From: Zygnema circumcarinatum SAG 698-1b
Taxonomy: Eukaryota > Plantae > Zygnematophyceae
DNA: 64,000 bases
Direction: 5' to 3'
Assembly (NCBI GenBank): GCA_037447605.1
Contig: CM074819.1
Span: 1,510,297-1,574,296 of the forward strand
How positions within the stretch are numbered: the first letter of the stretch is position 1; the number at the start of each line of letters is the position of its first letter. The notes beneath the pieces are model-generated. The model was not told the origin of the DNA. It ran no database searches and worked only from the letters and a program-made list of their open reading frames with translations. Positions 16,547 through 28,116 of the stretch are shown here, one piece after another. Both the position numbers and the translations under genes were made by a program.

Positions 16547-17446
16547 GGTTCAACCAGAGAGAGGGAGAGAGAGGGAGAGGGGGAGAGGGGGGGAGGGAGA
16601 GAGAGAATTATATCAAGAATTGATATTTGTTCTGCGTCTTGCAGATGGATAGCTGAAGATGGAGGTGATAACCTCCCACATTGTTGCGAAGTGTATAGAG
16701 AGAGGCTCGGAAGCCCAATATGAGTCTAATGTGGGCATAGGAAAGGCTATGCCTGTCCCCTTACTAGAGTATGAGGTCGCCTTCCTTGATGGCAAGGATG
16801 TGTACAGTGAGTGGCACGGAGATGTAGATACTATATGATGGATGCATTGTGGAGGGTTTGGCATAAGAGGGCGCGCTCTTGTACATGCTCTGCAATGGAA
16901 GTTTCAAACGGAACAATGGAAAAAATGTGTTTGAAAAATGGATGGACAAAGTCTCTCACAATGGAGATGCCATCAGATGTACATGGACAAACAGGGCCGG
17001 GGCCAGGATTTTAGATTAGGTGAGGCTGCCTAGTGAGTTGAGAAAACAAGTCCTGATATTGGAGGGTGTGTATTTTTGCTACTCAACCCTTCAAAAGCAA
17101 TCAGTGGCTAATAATATCTCAAAATCTGAGAGGGCGCTAACCCCTTTCTCCTCAAAGACAATCGAAGATCCGCCACAGCGGATAAAATCAACACGGGGAA
17201 CCACGAGGAACCGCTCACAGAGTGAATGGAATTTGAAAGAGAAGGGGGGGAGGGGAGGCTAGGGCAAGCGAGCGGGAGGAGGGAGTGCAGCGACCAACAG
17301 CTTCCCATACATAAAGTGAGTATGCTGAGGCTCATGACACAACAGCGCCGTCCAACGCTTTGCTTAACGGCCCAACATCGTGTGACCCCCCCCGATGGCC
17401 TCCCGCCCATCCCCATCCATCCATCCATCCATCCATCCATCCATCC

Positions 17447-19401
17447 ATCCAGGCAGGCAACCAACAGTTGTATGCATAAGGGCTGTAATCTTAGCACAAC
17501 TTCAGGAACTACTATCTGTATGCATATACACTTGTATGATCATGCAGCTACAAATGAACTTGACGGACTCGTTTGTAGATTTCTGCCCTTGTATGGCGAC
17601 GAGCAGATGAACCGATGCCAACCCTAATCCTGCAGCGCTTGGCCCGAGTGCCCTGTGCAGCTGTGTACCAAACCTCGTACGGGTGTGCGCGGAAGGACGT
17701 GGCGGGCCTGTACCTGGCGAGCGCGGTCAGGTTGGGGCTGGCAACCGACCACTGCATCTAATGGATGGCAGCCACCGGTTGTTTGCAATGGCTGGCAACC
17801 AACCGTTGAATCCAATGGCTGGCAATCAACCCTTGTATGCAATGGCTGGCAACCGACCATTGAATCCAATGGCTGGCAATCAACCAATGGCTGGCAATTG
17901 AATCCAATGGCTGGCAACCACCGTTGTTTGCAATGGCTGGCAACCGACCACTGAATCCAATGGCTGGCAACCACCGGTTGTTTGCAATGGCTGGAAACCA
18001 ACCATTGAATCCAATGGCTGGCAATCAACCGTTGTATGCAATGGCTGGCAACCGACCATTGAATCCAATGGCTGGCAATCAACCGTTGTTTGCAATGGCT
18101 GGCAACCGACCACTGAATCCAATGGCTGGCAACCACCGGTTGTTTGCAATGGCTGGAAAACAACCATTGAACCCAATGGCTGGCAGTCAACCGTTGTATG
18201 CAATGGCTGGAAACCAACCATTGAATCCAATGGCTGGCAATCAACCGTTGTATCCAATGGCTGGCAACCGAACACTGAATCCAATGGCTGGCAACCACCG
18301 GTTGTTTGCAATGGCTGGAAACCAACCATTGAACCCAATGGCTGGCAGTCAACCGTTGTATCCAATGGCTGGCAACCGAACACTGAATCCAGGCGGGCAA
18401 CCAACAGTTGTATCTTATGGCTGGCAACCGACCACTGCATCTAATGGATGGCAGCCACCGGTTGTTTGCAATGGTTGGCAACCAACCGTTGAATCCAATG
18501 GCTGGCAATCAACCCTTGTATGCAATGGCTGGCAACCGACCATTGAATCCAATGGCTGGCAATCAACCGTTGTATGCATCTGGCAATGGCTGGCAGCCAC
18601 CGGTTGTTTGCAATGGCTGGAAACCAACCATTGAATCCAATGGCTGGCAATCAACCGTTGTATGCAATGGCTGGCAACCGACCACTGAATCCAATGGCTG
18701 GTAGCCACCGGTTGATGCAATGGCTGGAAACCAACCATTGAATCCAATGGCTGGCAATCAACCGTTGTATGCATTGGCTGGCAACCGACTTCCGTATCCA
18801 ATGGCTGGCAACCATCGGTTGTTTGCAATGGCTGGCAACCAACCATTGAATCCAATGGCTGGCAATCAACCGTTGTATGCAATGGCTGGCAACCGACTTC
18901 TGAATCCAATGGCTGGTAGCCACCGGTTGATGCAATGGCTGGAAACCAACCATTTAATCCAATGGCTGGCAATCAACCGTTGTATGCATTGGCTGGCAAC
19001 CGACTTCCGTATCCAATGGCTGGCAACCATCGGTTGTTTGCAATGGCTGGCAACCAACCATTGAATCCAATGGCTGGCAATCAACCGTTGTATGCAATGG
19101 CTGGCAACCGACTTCTGTATCCAATGGCTGGCAACCATCGTTTGTTTGCAATGGTTGGCAACCAACCATTGAACCCAATGGCTGGCAATCAACCCTTGTA
19201 TGCAATGGCTGGCAACCGACCACTGAATCCAGGCGGGCAACCAGCAGTTGTATGCATAAGGGCTGTAATCTTAGCACAACTTCAGGAACTACTATCTGTA
19301 TGCATATACACTTGTATGATCATGCAGCTACAAATGAACTTGACGGACTCGTTTGTAGATTTCTGCCCTTGTATGGCGACGAGCAGATGAACCGATGCCA
19401 A
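17447..19401. repeat. Composite element: two 175-bp direct repeats enclosing a 27-bp satellite of about 1.5 kb
   Basis: 17447-17621 and 19227-19401 match with 2 mismatches. The internal 17737-19228 region consists of about 55 monomers of AATGGCTGGCAACCAACCRTTG(AATCC/TATGC/TTTGC). Confidence 0.9.
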
Positions 19402-20299
19402 GTTCATGTCACGTCACGGCCGCCCTTGCACGTCCTTGCACTTCGGCAGACCGGCCGTCCATTCTGAACCGTCCGCTCAGACCTGTGAACCCACTACTAG
19501 GTGGTCCACGTTGCGCTACCTGATTCGCAACCGACTTCCACTGTCGCTTTGTGCCGTCTCTTCGCGCACCACCATTAAAGTCCAAACCATCGCGCCATGT
19601 GTTGCGCCCCACGCTCCGCGCTTGCACCGCCACCAATCAGCTCTCCGCATTCGTCCTCTGTGCACGCTAGACGCACACTTCCGAATTCCGTACGGCCACA
19701 ATACACAGTAGAAATACTAGGAGCACACCTCACGCCCCACAAAGTGCCAACATAGTTAGTGTATACTATTATAGTGACTAACTGTCATACACTAACAGTT
19801 CGAACAATCCACGAGATGCAAACGGTAGCACATGATCAGAAAACCTTACGATTTACTCCCACCAAAATTCGCCGCACACGCTCCCGCGCCGTGCCATGCC
19901 ATGCAGCCGCATGCACAACCACCGCCGAGGGCCAAAGGCAAAAATTGAAGGTCCCGCACTAAGGAGGGGGTTGCATGGTTCAACTTTATTCAACTTTGCT
20001 GACGTGGTTCAGATTTACTGACGTAATCCCGCATATGCGGGCAGTTGATGTTCAGCAGTTGGAGCTGGTTGAAAACTTCGTCTCGGAGGTTTAAACTTTT
20101 CCGCAGTTTCTAACGCCGGCGCTTCAACCGGTTAGGGTTCAGGGTTACGGGTTTATGGGGGGACAAAAAAGCCCTTTAACGCAGTTCTAGGTTAGTCATT
20201 CGTGGTTAGCCAACTGGTCAAGGCCACGACCGGGTCAAGAGGTCATGAGAAATGTTGACCCATTCATGACCCCTGTCGCAAAAAAACAAGACAGCAGTC

Positions 20300-20510
20300 C
20301 ATGTCCACGTCAACCATTGGAATGGTTCGGAACCATTGGATGCTAATGGATGCCAATGGATGCCAACCATTCGAATGGTTCGATGCCAATGGATGCCAAC
20401 ATTTGAATGGTTGCCAACCATTGGGCGTCCAACCATTGCCATCCAATGGTTGTCCAATGGTTGTCCAATGGTTGTCCAATGGTTGTCCAATGGTTGGCGA
20501 TCCAATGGTC
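20300..20510. repeat. CCAATGG/CCATTGG-rich dispersed element with an (CCAATGGTTGT)n 11-bp array
   Basis: Contains the exact 20-mer AACCATTGCCATCCAATGGT at 20431-20450, also found at 5421 and 41992. Confidence 0.8.
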
Positions 20511-22072
20511 CGACCTATGAAAGGTTGACCCGCCCTCGGAGGGCTTGTGGGGTGTCGATTTAGGAGGGGGTTTTACGAAACCAGTACTCTTTTGATCGAC
20601 ATGTAATACGAATTTCTGGGAAAACGTACTAGCTTCGATATTATTTAGCTGCAGCGTAAAAGATTTCAAGATGGACGAGGTTGGGCAGACAAAGCGCACA
20701 AAGACAAATCACCGCACGTCATGTGTACCACGTCAGCATACCACCATATATATATATATATATTTATATTTATGGACACATTCTTTTTTAGAAGAAAGTT
20801 TGTAAAAGAATAGTATGAAACTGGGCTTAGAGCAGAGTCTCTCTTGTGAATAGGCGGTAGCAAAGCACTTATCAGGTCCCTTTTTTGGGGCAAGCTTTGA
20901 TCAGCAAGCCTTGAAACATTTAGCAAAGGAGGTTTTTGTTGAAATGTTAGGAATCTATGTAATGGAATTGGGAAAAAAAAAAAAAATGCAAGAAATAATC
21001 TGTCTTACTTCAATGCTGGACAAGTGCCACGTTTACAAAGCGTGTGTTGTAATGTCTACCGTCAATACACAGATTCTTTTGATTGAGAAATCGCTAACCC
21101 TAAAATCACCCCAATCACAAGCACAGTTTACAATGCAAGAGGAGCAGGCAATGCTGCATGCGTACATGCATACATGCATGCATGCGTCCACAGGTGAGTA
21201 CGGGCCTGGGCCTCTGCATCCATGCCCCCCCCCCCCCCTCTTGCTTGCTGCCGCCTCCAGAAGGCTCGAGGGCTGTACGGACGGCTCCAAGCAAGCAAGC
21301 CAGCCCTGCTGCCGCCTGCCCTGCGTTCAGAACTTGAATGCTGGTTTTCCACCGCATGGAAAATGGCATTGGTCTCACGATGGCGATGAGGCCATCAAAT
21401 GTACATGGACAAAAGGAGCATGGAAAACCACGAGGAACTGGTTTTCCACCCCTTGGTTCACGAACTCCACCCCAGCACTTGCCCACGCCGGACGGCTCCC
21501 TCCCTCCCTTCGCAGCAGCAGCCCACCGAGTGTCTATGGCCTGGATTGGCTGGAAGTCGGAAAGTCAACTACGTCACGCCACGATGACGTCACGCGCACG
21601 ATCATGATGACGTGACATAGTAATCATGATGGCGCGCTACACCCAGCACGGTGACGTCACCTGGCGCCACGCAAGCACCTGTCTGTACAGTATATGTACG
21701 GACAGCCCGTTGTCCGTACGCGTCCGCCATCTGACCGCAGTGACCTGTTGTCGCGGAAGGTCGCCGACCGCGGGACTTTTGACTTCGCACGTGCGAAGAC
21801 AATCCGTACAGTTGCCGCCGGGATTCAAATTCCCCGTCGCGCCTCGACGGGCGCAGTGGAGAAGGGAAGGGAGGAAGAGAGAGAGAGGAAAGGAGGGAGA
21901 AAGGGAGAGAGGGAGAGAGGGAGAGGGAAGGAGGGAGAAAGGGAGGGAAAGGAGAGAGAGAGGGAGAGAGATAGGGAGAGAGGGGAGGGAGAGAAGAGAG
22001 GGAGAGAGGGGAGGGAGAGAGGGGAGGGGGAGAGGAGGGAGAGAGTGAAGGGGACACCTCTGAACTTCAGGA

Positions 22073-22387
22073 ATGGGGCGGTTCTGGGGTGAGGCGGAGG
22101 GGGGGGAAGGGAGTGAAGTGAAAGGAGGAGCAGTGAGGGTAGATGGGGGGAGAGGGAGCAATGGGGAGGGAGCGGGAGAAAATTTGAAGAGTAATGGGAA
22201 GTTAATTGACGGGGGGATGGTGTATCGGGAGACTTTCGTGATTCGATGCTATGAAGTGGGAGTGAATCGAGTGGCTTCGATTGAAAGTATCGCGAATCTG
22301 CTGCAGGTAAATCGTGAATGTGGCTACTCAGATTTTGGGTCTCTCTGTCTCTCCCTCTCTCTCTCTCACTCACTCTCTGGATCCCTC

Positions 22388-22450
<63 letters not shown>

Positions 22451-23911
22451 CGCTTTCGGTTGAGGTTGAGGTTGGAATTTTGATCCCCACATTTTTGAAT
22501 GTGGGTTTTATTTTTCTATTGCCCTTTTTTTCAATAGGAAATTGCCTGCAATCACGCGCAAAGTGTTGGTTTCTCGAATGATGGGTTCGCCACAACTCCT
22601 TCGATGAGGAGGAGGAGATTGATTTGGGTGACCACTCGCCTGCATGTAGAGATGAATCGGTACCCCATTTGGTGAGATACTTCCCATTATATGAAATCAT
22701 TCATATTTAAAAGTTAGAAAAAAAAAAAAAAATCGGCCCAGCTAACGCAGTAAGCAGACTTTATTCTCGATAGGTTTCTGCTACTCTTTTTTTAACCCCC
22801 ATATATGCTAAACAGGGGATGCTAGAATTATGAAGACTCAAAAGCTTTTCATTAGACATTGAACAATTATTGATATTAGATCATTTTATTTGCGATTCCC
22901 ATTTATGCATTTTTACATGCTAATGATTTTTTTTCGTAGTTTTATTTTTCAGGGGAGATCGTGTGGAAATCGACACGTGGTTTCAGGGGGAGGGAAATGT
23001 CATGTCGCGAAGGGATTGGATCATAAAAATTGCGGAAACAAAGGAGGTCATCGGGAGGGCGACCAGGTGCTAAGAACCTCAGAATTCCTCTCACAGCTCC
23101 GCTTTAACGGTTTGAAAGAGTGTCCTCCTCAGTCTCTACAATTGTGAACGAGTCGACAATCCCCCTCCCNNNNNNNNNNTTCTCCCCCGTCCCACTCCTC
23201 CTCCACCTCCCCCTAGTTGACAATTCGAGGGGATGAAGGTTCGCTCAGAAAGTGAGAAAGGGAAGGTTCCCAGATAGGACGAGATAGGAAGAGAGAACTC
23301 CCTTAGTACGACAGGGAGGCTCCCTCTCTGCACAATTACATGGGGTCGTGGTTTCTATTCTCGGACTCCGATTTCGCTTGTTGTAACCGCCAACTTTTCA
23401 TATTGCTTTCTTTTCAGATATTCCTCTTTCCCCTTGCTTCTTTCCTCTTCAATACAATCTGATTCATTTTCTGCCATTTTTTGTTCCTTTCGCGCAGCTC
23501 TTGGGTGAACATGAACCAGGACACGCGGAGGCTCTCAAAGGTTCATGACGATGTGAAAGCAGAATTCATTCTGCATTGCCCATCTCCGCCAAGGTACTTC
23601 AACCGGGCGCTAGTCAAACCTGGTCAACGCTAAGAAAGCTCTTCCTGATTTCGAAATTGTTGAACTATTCATTGAGCATTCCTTGTTTCATTCTCCTTTT
23701 GAGTTTGATCACCAATGTTGGTTAAAATTGCTGTGAGTGCAGGTTTGCTCTTCCAGATGTGCCTGCTGTGAAGATTCCGAAGCTGGAAGATCCAGCGGAG
23801 TCGGTTTGGTCCTATTTAAGGGTATGTACGACGTGTACTCACCTCTCTCTCTCTCTCCTTTCTCTCTCTTTCCACTCTCTCTCTCCTCTCTCTCTCCTTT
23901 CTCTCTCTCTC

Positions 23912-23961
<50 letters not shown>

Positions 23962-24773
23962 GCGTTCTTTATTTATGTTTCAATTCTTGATCTATGTGAT
24001 AAGTGCTTTTTTGTTCCGCGCATGTGGTTACCTGGCCGGGGATGGTGTTCAGGCATGCATTTGGTATTTTAGCAGTAGCATAAAAATTTCCCGATTCTTC
24101 CTTGTTTGTTTCCTTACTTGTATGCAGCCAAGGCGAGGAGACCTCGACATGAACAACCATGTGAACAGCGTCACCTACGTTGGCTGGATGCTGGAGGTGA
24201 GAACTGGTCCCCGGCTCGGTTCTTCCTCATGGCTTAGTTATGCGAGCCTCCATCTATCTCAGCGGGGAGAACTTCAATACCACCAAATCTTGACATACCT
24301 TTATGATCTGCAAACCCTAAAAACCCTACAAACCCTAAAAACCCTAAAAACCCCTCTTAACGCTGTGTCTTGTGTGCTCGAGGAGCATCCCGCAGAGCAT
24401 CCCGGGCGCAGTGCTGGAGGTGGCGGAGCTCGCGAAGATCACGCTCGAGTACCGGCGCGAAGTGAGCGGCGGGGAGATGGTCGAGTCCCTCGCGACCATG
24501 GCCCCGCCCCCCCCTCTCCCTCTCCCTCTCCCTCTCCCTCTCAGCGAGGCCAAGGCGGCGGCGACGCGAGGCCCCCCCCCCGCGGAGTCCAACGGCAACG
24601 GCAACGGCTCGGCGGCCGGTTCCGTGGCCACAGCTGCTTCGCCCAAGTTTATGGTAAAGAGCGGGGGGGAGCTCGAGTTCATCCACCTCCTGCGCCTGCA
24701 AGACGACAACAAAGAGATCAACCGCGGGAGGACGGCCTGGAGGGCCAAGTCCACCTGCAGGATCAACCCTTAG
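22073..24773 (+). CDS. FATA: Acyl-ACP thioesterase FatA-type, copy 2, 7 exons, 367 aa from the first in-frame ATG; no recognisable transit peptide; could be a pseudogene or carry a sequence error
   Basis: Exons 22073-22306, 22538-22671, 22953-23066, 23498-23593, 23743-23821, 24128-24196 and 24396-24773. Exons 2-6 have the same lengths as in copy 1 and the frame is open through the catalytic domain. In-frame TGA stops lie upstream at 22046 and 22061. Confidence 0.85.
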
Positions 24774-25352
24774 GGTTCAACCAGAGAGAGGGAGATTGGG
24801 AGAGAGGGCGAGAGCGGGGGGGAGAAGGAGAGAGAAGTTCAACCAGAGAGTTATATGAAGAATTGATATTTGATCTGCATCCTGCAGCACTCCAAATGGA
24901 GATGTGGCCTTTGCAAAGTAGCAGAGTGTATAGATAGAGGCTATCGGGATCCAATTTGAATATTATAGTGAGTATGAGGAAAACATGAGTTGTAGCTATA
25001 TCAATCTTGTGAGTGTAGGAGTGGCTATTTCTAGAGTTTTAGGGTTTCTCGGGTTTTTAGAGTTACTATCCTTTGCTGCAGGGATGTGTACAATGGCACG
25101 CAATGTACATATTGTATAGTTAGGCTCGTCATGAGAGTTCCTGTTCATGTGCATGTTCAGCTAGTAAAGTAGCAAGCGGAGAAGGGAATCTGCGTTTGAT
25201 GTGAATGGATAATGGAAAGTGCTGCCGTTGATGGCGGCCTTAAGGGCAACAGATGCCGGGACTCGAATGTGCCATGTTGAAGACAGTTTGCTTAAACCCT
25301 CACTCTACAAACCCTACAAGCTTATGATTCTAATGTTAGAGCAAAATGTAAG

Positions 25353-26509
25353 GGAGAACTATATACTGCCCCCCTTTTTTGGTTATCCCGCCACTGTTTT
25401 TTCGAAATCCGACCCTCCCATTTCGGCTATTCTGCCCCCCTCCCCCATTTTGGATATTTCGGGAGGAGATCGCCCCCCTGTTTTGAATTTCTTCCCGCCC
25501 CTCCCGTCCTCTCCCCGCCCCTTGCCCTCCCCTCCCTTCCCTCCCCCTCCCTCCCCTCCCCTCCCTCCACCCCTGCCCACCCCTCCCCCTCCCTCCCTTC
25601 CTGCCCTCTCCTCCCCTCCCTCCCTCCCTCCTCCCCTCCCTCCCTCCCCTCCCTCCCCTCCCTCCCTCCCTCCCCTCCTGCACCCCTCCCCTCCCTCCCT
25701 CCCCTCCCTCCCTCCCTCCCCTCCCTCCCCTCCCTCCCTCCCCTCCCTCCCTCCCTCCTCCCTCCTCCCTCCCCTCCCCTCCCTCCCCTCCCTCCCTCCC
25801 TCCCTCCCTCCCTCCCTCCCTCCCCTCCCTCCCTCCCCTCCCCTCCCTCCCCTCCCCTCCCCTCCTCCCCTCCCTCCCTCCTCCCCTCCCCTCCCTCCCC
25901 TCCCCTCCCTCCCTCCCTCCCCTCCCTCCTCCCTCCCCCTCCCTCTCCTCCCTCCTCCCCTCCCTCCCCTCCCTCCCCTCCCTCCCCTCACCTCTCCTCC
26001 CCTCCCTCCCTCCCCTCCCTCCCTCCCCTCCCTCCCCTCCCCTCCCTCCCTCCCCTCCCTCCCTCCTCCCCTCCCCTCCCTCCCCTCCCCTCCCTCCCTC
26101 CCTCCTCCCTCCCCTCCCTCCCTCCCTCCCCTCCTCCCTCCCTCCCTCCCCTCCCTCCCCTCCCCTCCCCTCCCCTCCCTCCCTCCCCTCCCTCCCCTCC
26201 CTCCCTCCCTCCCCTCCCTCCCCCTCCCCCTCCCTCCCTCCCTCCCTCCCCTCCCTCCTCACCCCTCCCCTCCCTCCCCTCCCTCCCTCCCTCCCTCCCC
26301 TCCCTCCCTCCCCTCCCCTCCCCTCCCCTCCCTCCCTCCCCTTCCCTCTCCTCCCCTTCCCTCCCTGCCCACCCCTCCCTTCCTTCTTCCCTCTCGGTTT
26401 GCGATTTTTTCTATATTTAGGAACTTTTATTCTCTTTTTATCCTTTTTCTTTGGTGGGTGGCACAGGAAGCTACTGTCATGTGTGGTTTAAAACTGCTTG
26501 CTTGTGTCT

Positions 26510-26541
<32 letters not shown>

Positions 26542-27216
26542 CCCTCTGCTCTCTCTCCTCTAGTCTTTCTCTCTCCTCTTCTCTCTCCTCTGCTCATTCT
26601 CTCTTTCGCCTTTGCTCTCTCCTGTGCTCTCTCCTCTAGTCTCTCTCTCCTTTGCTCTTACTCTACTCACTCTCTCTCTCTCCTTTGCTCTCTCCTCTGC
26701 TCATTCTCTCTCTCCTTTGCTCTCTCCTCTGCTCATTCTCTCTCTCCTTTGCTCTCTCCTCTGCTCATTCTCTCTCTCCTTTGCTCTCTCCTCTCTCTCC
26801 TTTGCTCTCTCCTCTGCTCATTCTCTCTCTCCTTTGCTCTCACTCCTCTGCTCTTTCTCTCTCCTCTATACTCTCTCTCCTCGGCTCTCGCTCCTTTGCT
26901 CTCTCTCTCTCTTCTCTCTCCTTTGCTCTCTCCTGTAGTCTCTCTCCTCTGCTCTCACTCTGAGCTCTCTCTCTCTCACTCTCTTTCACTTTCTTTTCTG
27001 CGAAGAGAAGGAAGAGGGAAGGGGAGGGAGGAGGGCAAGGAGGGAGCAGGGGAGGACGGGAAGGAGCGGGGAAAAGAAATATTCAAAACAGGGGGGCGAT
27101 CTCCTCCCGAAATATCCAAAATGGGGGAGGGGGGCAGAACAGCCGAAATGGGAGGGTCGGATTTCAAAAAAACAGTGGCGGGATAACCAAAAAAGGGGGG
27201 CGGTATATAGTTCTCC
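25353..27216. mobile_element. Non-autonomous Mutator-like element (MULE), 1864 bp
   Basis: TIRs of about 135 bp (GGAGAACTATATAC... at 25353-25489 and ...GTATATAGTTCTCC at 27082-27216, about 3 mismatches). A perfect 9-bp TSD AAATGTAAG lies at 25344-25352 and 27217-27225. The interior is simple sequence with no transposase. Confidence 0.92.
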
Positions 27217-28116
27217 AAATGTAAGGAATGAATCAACATTTCATATGTAGCTACGACCAAACAACTTTCCAAATACCTTTGAACATGAGGACTGAATACA
27301 CTACATTACAAAAACCTGAAACTGGAACTGAAAATGCGTGACTGCATGCAGACGCAAAAGCCTCATAGAAGTGGGTGGACAGTAAACTGAACTGCTGCAT
27401 AGAACGGCCGCTCGGAACGTCTCGCCGTCTGCGGCGGACCAAATTCCTGCCAATTTGTGCTGTACCGCTAGCACGTTACTTTATCAGATGCTGCCGCACG
27501 ACAACCTTGTTTTTTAGCGTGTATCCGTACAGTTTTGTACTATTCGTGCAAGCCATGATGTTACTTTATCGATGAAGTCAGTCGTCCCACTTTTTCTGTT
27601 ATAAAGTCAAAAAGGAGCCTGGCACAGTTTGTCAAAAGGCGTCCGTCTTCTGCTAGATTCAATTTGTGCTTGAAATGGAAAGTATGGGCAAATTTTAGAA
27701 CTCCTGCAGCAGGATTTGAATCGCGGAAAGAGGCAGAGGAAGTGAAGCTGCTTGCAATAAGAGTACAGAAGATAAAGGAGTTTGAAATTTGCAAAAGCAG
27801 TACATGCTGCATAGGAGGAATGCCAGCTGTTGCCAGAACTGCCTGCAAGCCTGATTAGAATGGCGGAATTGCATTGTTGTCTGCTGCTTACACAATGCCG
27901 GAACACGAGGCACGAGCTCAAGGCAGACGCCTGCAGAGCGAGTCGCCTGCAAAACGAATGGCTGCATTCCGAGGCTGAATGAATAACAAAGACAGCTGTT
28001 GGAGCTGGTCACTGACTGAAGTGGATACTGGCTGGCTTTCAGCTAAAGTTGCTGAGCAGGAAAGGTCGTAAAGGTTTGTCTGTCAAGCAGACTCCTGCAT
28101 TTGATTGCTGCTGAAG

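Noticed and set aside
17624-19390. Ice-nucleation or antifreeze-like repeat protein from the nonapeptide ORFs
   Set aside because: Frames shift repeatedly, there is no signal peptide or unique domain, and the ORFs are explained by a 27-bp (multiple of 3) satellite; not supported without expression data.
17447-19401. LTR retrotransposon or TRIM
   Set aside because: Homology of the direct repeats extends beyond any TG...CA boundary, and there is no TSD, primer-binding site, polypurine tract or gag/pol sequence.
25219-27186. 655-aa Pro/Ser/Leu-rich ORF
   Set aside because: It runs through both TIRs and the C/T-only interior of the MULE; a compositional artefact.
27561-28012. Short ORFs upstream of SCC2 as additional coding exons
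   Set aside because: Plant SCC2 similarity starts at the ATG 28117 exon and the model is already full length; these are probably UTR or uORF sequence.
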